DNA of 64,000 bases. It comes from Candidatus Latescibacterota bacterium. GTDB lineage: Bacteria; Latescibacterota; UBA2968; GCA-2709665. Below are positions 9,696 to 21,033 of the stretch, in pieces. The notes under the pieces are model-generated. The model searched no databases and was not told the origin of the DNA. It worked only from the letters and a program-made list of their open reading frames with translations. Both the position numbers and the translations under genes were made by a program. The stretch is taken from contig CAXXJS010000030.1 in NCBI GenBank assembly GCA_963662665.2, forward strand, positions 32,001 through 96,000, in the 5' to 3' direction. Numbering within the stretch: position 1 is the stretch's first letter; each line of letters opens with the position of its first letter.

Positions 9696-10478
9696 ATGGC
9701 TGAGAGTTACTCGGGTATTCTCGAAGAAATGACAATCGACCAGGTTCGTGGGCTGAAGCCGGACGTTGCCGTGATTCCGATCGGGTCAACCGAACCGCAC
9801 GGCCCGGCGCTGCCGTACGGGACCGACAGCTATCGGGCCGAGGCGATCGCCTACGGCGCCACCCGCGAGTCCAACGGGCAGGGGGGCCGCGTGGTTTGTC
9901 TGCCCACCGTACGCATCAGCCTGAACAACAATTTTCGCGCTTTTCCTTTCGCCTGCCGCATGCAGGTGTCTACGTTCATGGCGCTGCTGAAGGACCTCGT
10001 GAAAATGTGCGAGGCGGATGGCATCGAGAAGGTGGTATTCGTCAATGCACACGGGGGCAATCCCGATGTGATCCGGGCGGCGATGCGCGACCTTGCTGCC
10101 GAGGACGGCGCATTCGTCTGCCTGATCCAGGCATCTTCCTGCGCGTCGCTGGAGGCGCGGCAGGTTTGCGAAAAACCAAGCGACCACGCGGGCGAGGAGG
10201 AGACGTCACAAATGCTATACCTTCGACCGGACCTCGTCCAATCGGCAAAGATCGGCGACAATCCGCGCATGCGGCCTGCGCTGGAGGTCCTCACGGAATT
10301 TCAGGTGGATTTCGTGAGACCCTGGCATCTTTACATGCCGGCGTCCGCCGGGGGCGATGCAAGCCTGGCATCACCGGAAAAGGGAAGGGTCGTTATCAAT
10401 TCAAGCATCGAGGGTACGGGCAGGTTTCTGGCCGAACTGTCCGGGGCTGACAGGAATCGCAATTTCCCCTACCCCTAA
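9696..10478 (+). CDS. Creatininase family amidohydrolase
   Basis: 'PIGSTEPHGPALPYGTD', 'NAHGGN', 'DHAGEEETS'. Confidence 0.88.
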   Translation: MAESYSGILEEMTIDQVRGLKPDVAVIPIGSTEPHGPALPYGTDSYRAEAIAYGATRESNGQGGRVVCLPTVRISLNNNFRAFPFACRMQVSTFMALLKDLVKMCEADGIEKVVFVNAHGGNPDVIRAAMRDLAAEDGAFVCLIQASSCASLEARQVCEKPSDHAGEEETSQMLYLRPDLVQSAKIGDNPRMRPALEVLTEFQVDFVRPWHLYMPASAGGDASLASPEKGRVVINSSIEGTGRFLAELSGADRNRNFPYP

Positions 10479-10733
10479 CCTTGATCCGTAGTTCTTCGGG
10501 GAAGTAAAACCGAATATATGCACGTAGATAAAGGCGATTCAACCTTGATTCGTTATTTTTCCGGGACGTAAATTCGAATTTAGGCAAGTGGATAAGGGTG
10601 ATTTAACGGCTGATTACCAGGATACACCAGGTCACTGGACGTGAACTGAAAAAACGTCCTTTTTGACGACCGTTTCGCCCCGTTTCAGGGGCTTTCGTCG
10701 CGTCGCCGAGTTGCTGTTTTTTTTAATCGGGGC

Positions 10734-10791
10734 TAATGTCCTGTCCTTTAAATTTCTCACCCTTCTCCCGCCGATTCATCCTGTCGCTACG
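10734..10791. repeat. IS630-end-derived MITE/REP-like element, copy 2 (truncated)
   Basis: TAATGTCCTGTCCTTTAAATTTCTCACCCTTCTCCCGCCGATTCATCCTGTCGCTACG aligns with 1693-1752. Confidence 0.55.
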
Positions 10792-10840
10792 CGACTGACG
10801 GAAGATTCTGTTTTTAATGTGGTCGACGTCAGAGGAATCC

Positions 10841-11938
10841 ATGACTGATTACAAGGATTTGGGGGTAAAACCGTTTATCAACGCCAGCGGTACCATTACA
10901 ACCCTCGGCGGCAGTCTGATGACCTCCGAAGTGCTGGAGGCCATGCGTGAGGCGGCGGGGGCGTTTGTGGATCTTCCGGAACTGAACGAAAAGGTGGGCG
11001 AATACCTGGCCCGAAAAATCGGCGTAGAGGCGGCATTCGTATCCTGTGGAGCGGCCAGCGGGGTTCAGCTTTCGGCGGCGGCGTGTTTGACGGGTACGGA
11101 CACCGAACGGGTTCGGACGCTACCACGTACGGAAGGATGGCAGAACGAGTTTGTGGTCAGCCTTGTAGACTCCCATACGTACATCCACCAGGGGATCGAG
11201 ATCTGCGGGGGAAGGCTGGTTCGAGTGGGCAGCACGTCGGAGGTGACCGCCAGCGACATTCTGGGCGGGATCACGGAGCGGACGGCGGCCGTCGTCCATT
11301 TCCTGGGGACGCAGAGCAAGGCCCAGCTCAAAGAGGTGATCGAAGGGGCGGACGGCATGGGGGTCCCGGTGGTGGTCGACGCCGCGGCCCAGCTTCCGCC
11401 CAGGACAAATCTGACCGAGGTTGTGGAAATTGGCGCGAGCCTTGTGGTCTTCAGTGGCGGCAAGGGTCTGAGGGGGCCGCAGTGCACGGGACTGGTTCTG
11501 GGTAAAAGGGAGTACGTGGACGGGGTCAGGTTGAACGCCAGCCCCTTCAGCGCGGTGGGGCGCGGGATGAAGGTGGGCAAGGAAGAAATCCTCGGGCTGG
11601 TGGCTGCCGTGGATTTGTTTCTGGCGGGGAGCGACGAGGAGGACCTGGCCACCTGGAATCAGCAGGCGAAGCGGGTGGTAGAGGTTGTATCCGAAATACC
11701 GGACGCCGGGGCTTACGTGTTGGGAATGGGCCAGCAGGCGTCTCCGGATTTTGCCCCCAGGGCATACGTGGATCTTCCGGATGAGGAAACAAGAGACGTG
11801 ATTCGGGCGATGAGGGAAGGCGATCCACCGGTGGTGGTCCGTTCAAGCGGGAAGGGAATCGTCGTGGATCCGATGACGCTGGCACCCGGCGAGGAGGAGA
11901 TCGTCGGTCGTCGCTTGAAGGAGGTGTTGAGCCGATGA
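10841..11938 (+). CDS. SelA-like PLP-dependent enzyme (DgaE-like ammonia-lyase family)
   Basis: 'INASGTITTLGGS', 'VDAAAQ', PLP lysine motif 'FSGGKGLRGPQ', 'GRGMKVGKEE'. Confidence 0.85.
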   Translation: MTDYKDLGVKPFINASGTITTLGGSLMTSEVLEAMREAAGAFVDLPELNEKVGEYLARKIGVEAAFVSCGAASGVQLSAAACLTGTDTERVRTLPRTEGWQNEFVVSLVDSHTYIHQGIEICGGRLVRVGSTSEVTASDILGGITERTAAVVHFLGTQSKAQLKEVIEGADGMGVPVVVDAAAQLPPRTNLTEVVEIGASLVVFSGGKGLRGPQCTGLVLGKREYVDGVRLNASPFSAVGRGMKVGKEEILGLVAAVDLFLAGSDEEDLATWNQQAKRVVEVVSEIPDAGAYVLGMGQQASPDFAPRAYVDLPDEETRDVIRAMREGDPPVVVRSSGKGIVVDPMTLAPGEEEIVGRRLKEVLSR

Positions 11939-12771
11939 TCGACGCGCATCTGCACATTGGACATCAGGGCAGGAGTATCGAGAATACGATCCGGCATATC
12001 GACGGTATCGGGGCCGGGAAAGCCGTATTCCTGCCGATCGAGACAGCCGACCGGGAATACGAGTGGCTCACCGAAACGGTGGTTCGGGCTTATGAGCAGT
12101 ACCCGGACAGAGTCATTCCCTTCTGCCACGTGGACGTGACGCGGGAAGACGCGGTTGCGGAACTCGAAAAACGCGCCGCAACGGGAGTTTTCAAAGGATA
12201 TGGAGAACAGAAACAGCACGTGCCATTGAATCATCCGGGGCTGGAGCGCGTGCTTGCGTTCTGCAACGAGATGCGCTGGCCCGTTACCTGGCATTTTCAG
12301 GAGGGTAGCCGGGGATATAACCAGGGAATCGGGTACCTTGAGACGCTGGTGCGCAAGTTTCGGGAAATCCGGTTCATCGGCCACGCGCAGTCATGGTGGG
12401 CCAATATCAGCGCAGTCGTGCCGCCGCCGGAGGAAACGCTTTACCCCCGGGGGCCGGTGGTTCCGGGCGGGCTGGCGGACCGGCTGCTTTCCGACTACGA
12501 AAACGTCTATGCGGACCTGTCCGCCGGTTCGGGGTTGGGGGCGATCACACGGGACGAGGCGTTTGGCGGAGACTTCCTGATGCGTCACCGGCGAAAGCTG
12601 TTATTCGCCACCGATTGCCCGTGCGCCGACGGACGGGGAGGCGATTACCCGCCGGGGTGCTTTGCGGCGCAGAGCCTGCCGTTTCTGAAACGGTTGGTGG
12701 AAGACCCGGAAGCGCTCCAGGACATTCTGCATCGGAACTCGGCTCGCGTTATTGGACTGGAGGAAGATTAA
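11935..12771 (+). CDS. Amidohydrolase_2 family metallohydrolase
   Basis: 'IDAHLH', 'FIGHA', 'YADLS', 'LLFATD'; ATGA overlap with the upstream gene. Confidence 0.82.
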   Translation: MIDAHLHIGHQGRSIENTIRHIDGIGAGKAVFLPIETADREYEWLTETVVRAYEQYPDRVIPFCHVDVTREDAVAELEKRAATGVFKGYGEQKQHVPLNHPGLERVLAFCNEMRWPVTWHFQEGSRGYNQGIGYLETLVRKFREIRFIGHAQSWWANISAVVPPPEETLYPRGPVVPGGLADRLLSDYENVYADLSAGSGLGAITRDEAFGGDFLMRHRRKLLFATDCPCADGRGGDYPPGCFAAQSLPFLKRLVEDPEALQDILHRNSARVIGLEED

Positions 12772-12777
12772 TCGATC

Positions 12778-14229
12778 ATGTCGATCGCGATAAAAGATAC
12801 CGATCTGAACGTATTGAACATGAAAGCGCGGATGCCGTTCCGGTACGGGATCGCGTCTCTCGTTGCCGTGCCCCATCTGTTCGTCCGGGTGACCGCGGAG
12901 ATAGACGGACGCCCGGGGGTCGGGCTGGCCGCGGATGGGCTCCCGCCCAAATGGTTTACCAAGAACCCGGACGCGTCTTTCGAGGACGACCTTGAAGAGA
13001 TGCTGGCGGTCATCCGGCAGGCATGCCGTCTGGCTTTAGTGGCGGGCCCCGTCAGAACCGTCTATGAACTCTGGCGTGAAATCTACGAAGGTCAGAAGGA
13101 ATGGGCGGCATCGGGAAACTATCCGCCGTTGCTTTGGGGGTTCGGCGTGAGCCTGGTGGAACGGGCTCTGATAGACGCGTTCTGCCGGGTAACCGGATCC
13201 ACGTTCGAATATGCGTTGCGGAAGAATGCGTTCGGCATTCGGCTGGGCGACGTACATCGCGGCATGGAGGGGGTCGAACCACGGGCGCTGCTGCCCGAAC
13301 GGGCGAGCAGGTCAATTATTGCCCGCCATACGGTGGGGCTGACCGATCCCCTGACCGACGCGGACGTCCCCGGAGATGAACGCGTGGACGACGGGCTGCC
13401 GCAATCTCTCGAAGCCAGCATACGGGCGTACGGTCTGACGCACTTGAAGATCAAATTGTGCGGTGATGCCGCTCAGGACGCAGAACGGTTGAAACAAATC
13501 GCCGGGTTGATGGAACGGCATTCCGGATCCGACTATGCATTTACGCTGGATGGGAACGAGCAATACACGGAAATCGATCCATTCCGGTCGTTGTGGGAGG
13601 CGGTTGCGGCGGACCCGTCGCTCCATCGGTTCATGGATGGGCTGTTGTTTGTGGAGCAGCCGTTGCGGCGCGACGTTGCCCTGGACGATGGCGTGGGCGC
13701 CGCGCTGCGGGACTGGACGGGCAGTCCGCCGATGATCATCGATGAGTCCGACGGGACGCTGACCAGCGCGGCGGAAGCACTGGAACTGGGATATGCCGGA
13801 ACAAGCCACAAGAACTGCAAGGGAATCATCAAGGGCGTCGCGAACGCGTGTCTCATTGCGGACAGGCGGCAGAAGAACCCAGGCCGGGAGTACGTACTCA
13901 GTAGCGAGGACCTGGGGAACGTCGGCCCGGTCGCGCTGCTGCAGGACCTGGCGGTGGCGGCATGCCTGGGGGTGGGGCATACGGAGCGCAACGGTCATCA
14001 CTATTTCACGGGCCTGAGCATGTATCCTCCGGACGTACAGTTGACGGTTCTCCAGCATCATGGCACGCTTTACCGCCGTCATAAAACCGGGTTTCCAACG
14101 CTGAACTTACAGGATGGACGGCTGAACATCACCAGCGTCGTGGATGCTCCGTTCGGGTACGCCTTCGATCTGGATACCACGAGGTTTACGCCTTTGGAGG
14201 ACTGGTCGGCGGCGTCTCTTGAACTCTGA
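12778..14229 (+). CDS. Enolase-superfamily-like protein of unknown function
   Basis: 'KIKL' (KxK), 'TLDGNEQ', 'FVEQP', 'IIDES' metal-ligand pattern. Confidence 0.7.
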   Translation: MSIAIKDTDLNVLNMKARMPFRYGIASLVAVPHLFVRVTAEIDGRPGVGLAADGLPPKWFTKNPDASFEDDLEEMLAVIRQACRLALVAGPVRTVYELWREIYEGQKEWAASGNYPPLLWGFGVSLVERALIDAFCRVTGSTFEYALRKNAFGIRLGDVHRGMEGVEPRALLPERASRSIIARHTVGLTDPLTDADVPGDERVDDGLPQSLEASIRAYGLTHLKIKLCGDAAQDAERLKQIAGLMERHSGSDYAFTLDGNEQYTEIDPFRSLWEAVAADPSLHRFMDGLLFVEQPLRRDVALDDGVGAALRDWTGSPPMIIDESDGTLTSAAEALELGYAGTSHKNCKGIIKGVANACLIADRRQKNPGREYVLSSEDLGNVGPVALLQDLAVAACLGVGHTERNGHHYFTGLSMYPPDVQLTVLQHHGTLYRRHKTGFPTLNLQDGRLNITSVVDAPFGYAFDLDTTRFTPLEDWSAASLEL

Positions 14230-14310
14230 GTGCCCCCGTGCGGATCCTCGGCCGGATAGCGTCGCGCGCAGTTGGCCGCTCTTGAGATTGACTGACGGCG
14301 AAACCCCGTT

Positions 14311-15678
14311 TTGCGGGAGACAGGTTTGGAACAGATCGACTGGTACGCGGTCCGCGAAGAGGTGACGGGATATCTTCAGGACCTGATTCGCCTGGACACG
14401 ACCAATCCGCCCGGGAACGAGATTCTCGCGGCGGAGTACCTTGCCGGGGTGTTGCGGAGCGAGGGTTTCGATCCCCGGGTGACCGAGTCTCAGCCGGGGC
14501 GGGGTAACGTTACCGCCCGGCTGGCTGGCGGCAAAGAGCCGCTGATGATACTGGGACACACGGACGTGGTGGCGGTGGAACCCGACAGATGGCGGCATCC
14601 GCCGTTCGGCGGAGAGTTCCACGACGGGTACATCTGGGGTCGGGGCGCGCTGGATATGAAAAACATGGTGGCTGCCGAATTGATGGTCTTCCTGCTGCTG
14701 AAGCGGCGTGGCATCAATTTGAAGCGGGATGTAATTTTCGCGGCCACCGCCGATGAAGAGGCGGGCAAGGGAGACCACGGCATCGGCTGGCTGCTGGACA
14801 ACCATCCGGAGCAGGTGGAGGCGCCCTTTGTGCTGACGGAAGGCGGTGGCGCGGACTTTCGGGTGGGTAACGTCCGTTTCTATACGTGCCAGACAGGGCA
14901 GAAGGGCATCTGCAGATTTCGGATGGTGGCCCATGGGCGACCGGGACACGGATCCAGGCCGCACCGGGAAAATGCCGTGGTGACGTTGTCCGATGCGGTC
15001 GCCGCGCTGGGACGTGCCGTGTTGCCAATGCATCCCTCCGCGACCGTAAGGGCTTTCCTGGAGGGTATCGCCGAAACGCAGGATTCCAGCACCGCGGCGC
15101 ATCTGCGTCGGGTCCTGGAGCCTGCGCACAGCACCGCGGCGCTCGAGTCCCTTCCCGTGGCAACCGAGATCGCGTCGAACCTGCGTGCGTCTCTGCGAAA
15201 CACCGCTTCCGTGACTATGCTGCAGGCGGGCCGGAAGATCAATGTGATCCCGGCGGAGGCCACCTCGTGGGTGGACGGGAGGCTGGCGCCGGGACAGACC
15301 GATACAAGCTTCTTCGACGAGATCCGGTCGCTTGTTGGTGACGACGTGCGCATCGAGGTGGACCAGTACAGCCCGCCGCTGGAGGCCGGGACCGACTCGC
15401 CGCTGTACCGGACGATTGTGGACGTAATGGCCGATTATGACCCGGCGGCGCGCGTTGTGCCGTCGCTGTCCACGGGAGGGACGGACGCCAAGCACATCTG
15501 TCCGCGCCGGCCGGGAACACAGGTGTACGGTTTTATGCCCTACAGGGGAGCCCCGGGAGAAGAGGAATGGCAGTTGATTCACGGGCATAACGAACGCACC
15601 TCGGTGGAGAACCTGTTGTTCGGCACCCGGGTGCTGTACGATATCGTACAACGTTTCTGCGGAATTGCAGGCGGATAA
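14311..15678 (+). CDS. M20/M25/M40 family metallopeptidase
   Basis: 'GHTDVV', 'GRGALDMK', 'ADEEAG', 'GGTDA', 'HGHNER'. Confidence 0.9.
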   Translation: MRETGLEQIDWYAVREEVTGYLQDLIRLDTTNPPGNEILAAEYLAGVLRSEGFDPRVTESQPGRGNVTARLAGGKEPLMILGHTDVVAVEPDRWRHPPFGGEFHDGYIWGRGALDMKNMVAAELMVFLLLKRRGINLKRDVIFAATADEEAGKGDHGIGWLLDNHPEQVEAPFVLTEGGGADFRVGNVRFYTCQTGQKGICRFRMVAHGRPGHGSRPHRENAVVTLSDAVAALGRAVLPMHPSATVRAFLEGIAETQDSSTAAHLRRVLEPAHSTAALESLPVATEIASNLRASLRNTASVTMLQAGRKINVIPAEATSWVDGRLAPGQTDTSFFDEIRSLVGDDVRIEVDQYSPPLEAGTDSPLYRTIVDVMADYDPAARVVPSLSTGGTDAKHICPRRPGTQVYGFMPYRGAPGEEEWQLIHGHNERTSVENLLFGTRVLYDIVQRFCGIAGG

Positions 15679-15707
15679 CGTCTCGCTGAGAACCGATCAG
15701 GGGGATT

Positions 15708-16685
15708 TTGATGCGTGTCATGGTAACGGACTATGCGTGGGCCGACCTCAACGTTGAGCAGGACGTACTGGGAGAGCTTGGCGTGGAGCTTGTGCCCGCG
15801 CCGGACGGAAACGAATCCACACTGGCGGGGCTGGCCGTGGGCGCCAGCGGCATTATGACCTGCTGGGCCCAGACCACGAGGCGGGTCATTCAGGCCGCGC
15901 TGCCCGACCTGAAGGTAGTGACGCGTTACGGGGTGGGATTGGACAATATAGACGTTGCCTATGCTACCGCGCAGCGGATACCCGTGGCATACGTGCCGGA
16001 CTATTGTATGGTGGACGTCGCGGAGCACGCGATGGCGCTGTTGCTGGCGCTTTCTCGCAAGGTGGCAGGGTTCGACCGGACGGTTCGTGAAGACGTATGG
16101 GATATCCAGGCCTGTCTGCCGCTCAATCGCCTGACCGGGCGGACGCTGGGGCTGATCGGTTTCGGGCGCATCGCACGGGAAGTCGCGAGTCGCGCGAGGG
16201 TATTCGGGCTTCGCGTGCTGGCGACCGCCCCGTCGCGGACGCCCGGATCCGCGTTGTCCGGTGACGTTCAGGCCGTGACGCAGGATGAATTGTTGCAGAC
16301 GTCGGACTTCGTCTCGATTCATTGTCCATCCACGGAAAAGACGCGGGGACTGATTAACGGGGACGTCCTCCGAAAGATGAAGCCCACGGCCTGCCTCATC
16401 AATACGTCGCGAGGCGATATTGTGGATGAGACCGCGTTGGCCGATGCGCTGGACGCGGGCGAGATCGCAGGGGCCGCCCTGGACGTCCGCGTACAGGAAC
16501 CGCCGGGCGACGACGACCGGCTTATCGGGATGCACCAGGTAATCCATACGCCGCATGCGGCGTTCTATTCAGCGGAATCTCTGATCGAGCTGCGGGAACG
16601 CGCGGCTATGGAGACCCGCAGGGTCCTGCAGGGAGAAGATCCGGAAAACCTGGTGAATCCGGAATACAGGCAAAGCGGCACGTGA
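15708..16685 (+). CDS. CtBP-like D-2-hydroxyacid dehydrogenase
   Basis: 'RYGVGLDNID', 'VAEHA', 'GFGRIA', 'INTSRG', 'TPHAAFYS'. Confidence 0.9.
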   Translation: MMRVMVTDYAWADLNVEQDVLGELGVELVPAPDGNESTLAGLAVGASGIMTCWAQTTRRVIQAALPDLKVVTRYGVGLDNIDVAYATAQRIPVAYVPDYCMVDVAEHAMALLLALSRKVAGFDRTVREDVWDIQACLPLNRLTGRTLGLIGFGRIAREVASRARVFGLRVLATAPSRTPGSALSGDVQAVTQDELLQTSDFVSIHCPSTEKTRGLINGDVLRKMKPTACLINTSRGDIVDETALADALDAGEIAGAALDVRVQEPPGDDDRLIGMHQVIHTPHAAFYSAESLIELRERAAMETRRVLQGEDPENLVNPEYRQSGT

Positions 16686-16789
16686 CGTCAATGCGTACGG
16701 CGTGCCGGTCTTCGCGGGGTCCTGGAAGGACGCGTCGCGGGGGTGGCCGCGCCGACGGTGTCTTCCCCGATTCTTGCAATGGTATCGTG

Positions 16790-18157
16790 ATGTCCGAGAA
16801 ACCCAATATTCTTGTTCTGATGTGCGACCAGCTACGCCGCGACGCGCTGTCGATTCACGGCGACGTGAACCTGCGAACGCCGAATATCGACGCGCTGGCA
16901 ACCAGGGGCGTCAGGTTTTCGAATGCCTGTTCAACCTATCCGATATGCGTGCCGTTCCGTTTCACGTTTATGACCGGCGAGTATGCGCACAGCCGGAAGG
17001 TCCCCGGTATCGAGTACCGCATGTCACCCACCGAATACACGTTGGCCGACGCGTTCAACGAGGCGGGGTACGAAACGGTCTACGTGGGAAAGTGGCACCT
17101 GGACGGCGGCCACGGGCGGATGGGTTCCGCGCTCGAATGCGGCCGTACGCCGGTACCCCGGGCGTACCAGGGCCGGTGGGAGAAGTGGTTCGGATTCGAG
17201 CTCAGAAACGCGCCCTTCGACACGTATTATTTCGAGGACGACGATCCGGCGCCAAGGCCCATCCGCGGTTATCAGACCGACGGGTTATATGATATCGGGA
17301 TGGACTACCTTGCCGGAGAACGGGATACGTCGCGGCCGTTTTGCATGGTCATCTCCGTGGAGCCCCCGCACGATCCGTTCGAAGCGCCACCCGATATCCA
17401 GGCGGCGTGGGAAGCCCGGGAAATTGAACTGCCGCCCAATTTCGAGGCGTCCGACGACGCGCGGCGCGACGCACTTGTACTGGATCGAAAGCGATATTAC
17501 GCGATGGTGGAGAATCTCGACGCCAACGTGAAGCGGATGACGGATTTTCTGACGGCGCAGGGGCTGGCGGAGAATACGGTGGTGATGTTCGTCTCGGATC
17601 ACGGCGAACTGGGCGGCAGCCACGGCTTGAAAGGGAAGCAGTGGCCGTATGAGGAATCGGTGGGAATTCCGGCGATAGTCCAAGACCCCCGTTTTCCAGG
17701 CCGTGCGGGCGCCGCCATCGAAGATCCGGTCTGCACGGAGGATTTCTTCCCGACGCTACTGGGTCTGGCGGGGCTGACCCCCGGCGAACATCTGCCTGGT
17801 ACAGACCTGTCTCCGCTGATTCGAGATGAGACGGAGTCGCTGGATCGGGAGGGCGTGATGCTGGAATTCGTGGCCGAACTCCGCAAGGGGATGGCGTTCA
17901 ACCGGTGGGTGTGGCGCGGGTTTCGCAGCCGGCGGTACAAATATACCGTCCGGGGAGACAAGATGGGCGCGGGCGCCTGGCAGTTTTTCGACCTGGAAGC
18001 CGATCTCTATGAACGCCGGAATCTGATCGATCACCCCGGCTTTCAGGGCGAAATCGCACGTCACCACGGGCTTCTCAGGGAACGGCTGATTGCAACAGGC
18101 GACCATTTCGTACTTCTGCCCGCGTTTGGATGCGAGGGAGTGAATATGTGGCAGTAG
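16790..18157 (+). CDS. Sulfatase (Cys-type, formylglycine-dependent)
   Basis: 'PNILVLMCDQLR', CxPxR 'CVPFR', 'GKWHL', 'SDHG'. Confidence 0.92.
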   Translation: MSEKPNILVLMCDQLRRDALSIHGDVNLRTPNIDALATRGVRFSNACSTYPICVPFRFTFMTGEYAHSRKVPGIEYRMSPTEYTLADAFNEAGYETVYVGKWHLDGGHGRMGSALECGRTPVPRAYQGRWEKWFGFELRNAPFDTYYFEDDDPAPRPIRGYQTDGLYDIGMDYLAGERDTSRPFCMVISVEPPHDPFEAPPDIQAAWEAREIELPPNFEASDDARRDALVLDRKRYYAMVENLDANVKRMTDFLTAQGLAENTVVMFVSDHGELGGSHGLKGKQWPYEESVGIPAIVQDPRFPGRAGAAIEDPVCTEDFFPTLLGLAGLTPGEHLPGTDLSPLIRDETESLDREGVMLEFVAELRKGMAFNRWVWRGFRSRRYKYTVRGDKMGAGAWQFFDLEADLYERRNLIDHPGFQGEIARHHGLLRERLIATGDHFVLLPAFGCEGVNMWQ

Positions 18158-18196
18158 GGCTTGGGAAAGGATATCCGGTGTGTCTTCTTCAATGAA

Positions 18197-19237
<1,041 letters not shown>

Positions 19238-19287
19238 CGGGTGGATCCGCGCGTTCGGTCCCGTTTCCAGGGATGATCCGCACGGCC

Positions 19288-19668
19288 TTAAAGAGAGGGT
19301 GTCTCGGCGAGTGAGGGGTCTTCTTCGATGCGTTCGGCCGGGGCGTCGCCCCAGAGGCGGTCGAGGCGATAGAACGCGCGTGCCTTTGGCTGGAAGATGT
19401 GTACGACAACGTCGATATAGTCGAACAGAACCCAGGTGCGTGATTCCAGGCCCTCAATGTGCCACGGCCGGTAGCCCGCCGCCTTCGTGCCTTCCTGCAA
19501 CCCGTCGGCGAGGGCCTTGACGTGTACAGCCGAATTGCCCGTGCAGATGAGAAAGTAGTCCGCGACGTCGGAGACCGTGCGCAAATCGATCAGAAGAAGG
19601 TCTTCGCCCTTTCGGGACTGAAGGCATTCGACACAGATATCCAGAATTTCGCGTATCTGATTGGACAA
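19288..19668 (-). CDS. rsfS: Ribosome silencing factor
   Basis: 'DYFLICTG', 'EG...WVLFDYIDVVVHIF...RAFYRLDRLW'. Confidence 0.93.
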   Translation of the reverse strand: MSNQIREILDICVECLQSRKGEDLLLIDLRTVSDVADYFLICTGNSAVHVKALADGLQEGTKAAGYRPWHIEGLESRTWVLFDYIDVVVHIFQPKARAFYRLDRLWGDAPAERIEEDPSLAETPSL

Positions 19669-19731
19669 TGCGGTTCCGCTCCGTGCGGAGATTAAGATAA
19701 CTCACGGTCATCGGATGTGCCGCGTCTGACG

Positions 19732-20265
19732 TTATTGTCGCGGCCGATCGCGGGAGATGGCACCCAGACGGTCATAATCCCTGCCGATGATGACCGCGAC
19801 CTGTTCGATGCGATAGGGGTCATGGACGATTTGTTGAATATGCGTCCGAAGCCCCATTGCGCCGGCCACCCTGCGTGCGTTTTCAAGGTTGCCCGTCCGG
19901 TCGATGACGATGGTTTCGGGATAGTTGAAACTGTCGGCGTTCTTCCACGTCATAACGTCGAAGCCGGCATCCCGCAGATGACGACTCACTTTTTCCGCGA
20001 TACCGGAAACCCCGCAGCCGTTGAGTACTTCAATCCGGATTACCTTGAATGAATCCGGCTTTGGACCGGCGAGTGTTTCCGGCTTCAGTTCGGCGGGAAG
20101 GTCAGGCTTCGGTTCGACGGGAGGTCCGGGCTTAGCCCCGGTAACAGCTTCAGGCGATGGTTCGGCGAAAGGAGATTTCGACGGCAGCCGGCGCTGGATA
20201 TCGAGGACGACGAGCGTGGCAAAGGCCAACGCCGCCAGAGCGGACAACACGATTTTTCGTGACAT
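19732..20265 (-). CDS. LytR C-terminal domain membrane protein
   Basis: N-terminal TM segment, 'VLNGCGVSGIA', 'VIIGRDY'; this type commonly precedes rsfS. Confidence 0.8.
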   Translation of the reverse strand: MSRKIVLSALAALAFATLVVLDIQRRLPSKSPFAEPSPEAVTGAKPGPPVEPKPDLPAELKPETLAGPKPDSFKVIRIEVLNGCGVSGIAEKVSRHLRDAGFDVMTWKNADSFNYPETIVIDRTGNLENARRVAGAMGLRTHIQQIVHDPYRIEQVAVIIGRDYDRLGAISRDRPRQ

Positions 20266-20277
20266 CTGCTATGCCCG

Positions 20278-20317
20278 AAAAACGAAACGGGACACTGCCC
20301 GGACCCGGTGTCCCGTT
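20278..20317 (-). terminator. Rho-independent terminator
   Basis: AACGGGACAC...GTGTCCCGTT stem followed on the minus strand by TCGTTTTT. Confidence 0.6.
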
Positions 20318-20343
20318 AGAAAAAGCGACCCGCACCCGACATC

Positions 20344-20838
20344 CTAATACCGATATCTTCCTCTGGATCGATAATAGGGCGAATTGCTGATCTGGATTTC
20401 GATTTGGATGTTTTCTCTGGGCTGGTAAAACATGCCGACGTATGGAATGACAAGCTTCGTGCTGTTACCCAGGGAGGACCCGAACGCGGAGTTGCCCTGA
20501 AGCACGTGTTCGAGGCCGACCTGCGCTTCGAACAACAGGGGCGTTTTCGAATTTGCACGGTAGCTGATGGTATTCAGATAGTACTGGCTCGCGCCGCCGA
20601 ACGCGCCTGAGCGAAAGTTGAATCCGACCGTGTTCTTGAAGGAGAGCCGGCCGGAATCGAACAGGCCGTTGATTTTTTCGCCCAGCCCGAAGGGTTTGGG
20701 ACCAAAGTCGACTGTATTGAGGGCGAAAGGGTTCGCCGGCCGGCGTTCCGGCCGATCATCCGCGGAAGCCAGAGAGGCTGTCATAAAGACAACCGCCAGT
20801 ACACCCGTGAGCATTTTCATTCGGTCATCCTCCTCCAT
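20344..20838 (-). CDS. Hypothetical exported protein (beta-rich)
   Basis: Signal-peptide-like 'MKMLTGVLAVVFMTASLASA'; alternating beta pattern; has its own promoter and terminator. Confidence 0.7.
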   Translation of the reverse strand: MEEDDRMKMLTGVLAVVFMTASLASADDRPERRPANPFALNTVDFGPKPFGLGEKINGLFDSGRLSFKNTVGFNFRSGAFGGASQYYLNTISYRANSKTPLLFEAQVGLEHVLQGNSAFGSSLGNSTKLVIPYVGMFYQPRENIQIEIQISNSPYYRSRGRYRY

Positions 20839-20873
20839 TCCCGGCCTGAATTCAATCAGCAGATTGCGACAAA

Positions 20874-20902
20874 AGGATACGACAATTGTATTTTCTTGTC
20901 AA
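20874..20902 (-). promoter_or_regulatory. Putative sigma70 promoter
   Basis: Minus strand TTGACA-17 bp-TATCCT. Confidence 0.55.
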
Positions 20903-21033
20903 GGGGTATCGACGCCAACCGGCATCCTGCGATTATTGGACGTTTAACAGGTGAAAATCGTTCCATAATCCATCTGCCGGCGCTACCGCGCCCGTGAACG
21001 GCCCGGCGCACCGGAACGTTACGTGGAGATCGT

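Noticed and set aside
10841-11938. Calling this gene selA
   Set aside because: It is shorter than true SelA, no selB/selD/tRNA-Sec is nearby, and the motifs fit the DgaE-like subgroup.
14107-15651. Long antisense ORFs (e.g. 14107-15651, 5599-6537, 22318-23559, 55443-56606, 60258-61934)
   Set aside because: Shadow frames of well-supported genes in high-GC DNA, with no recognisable motifs.
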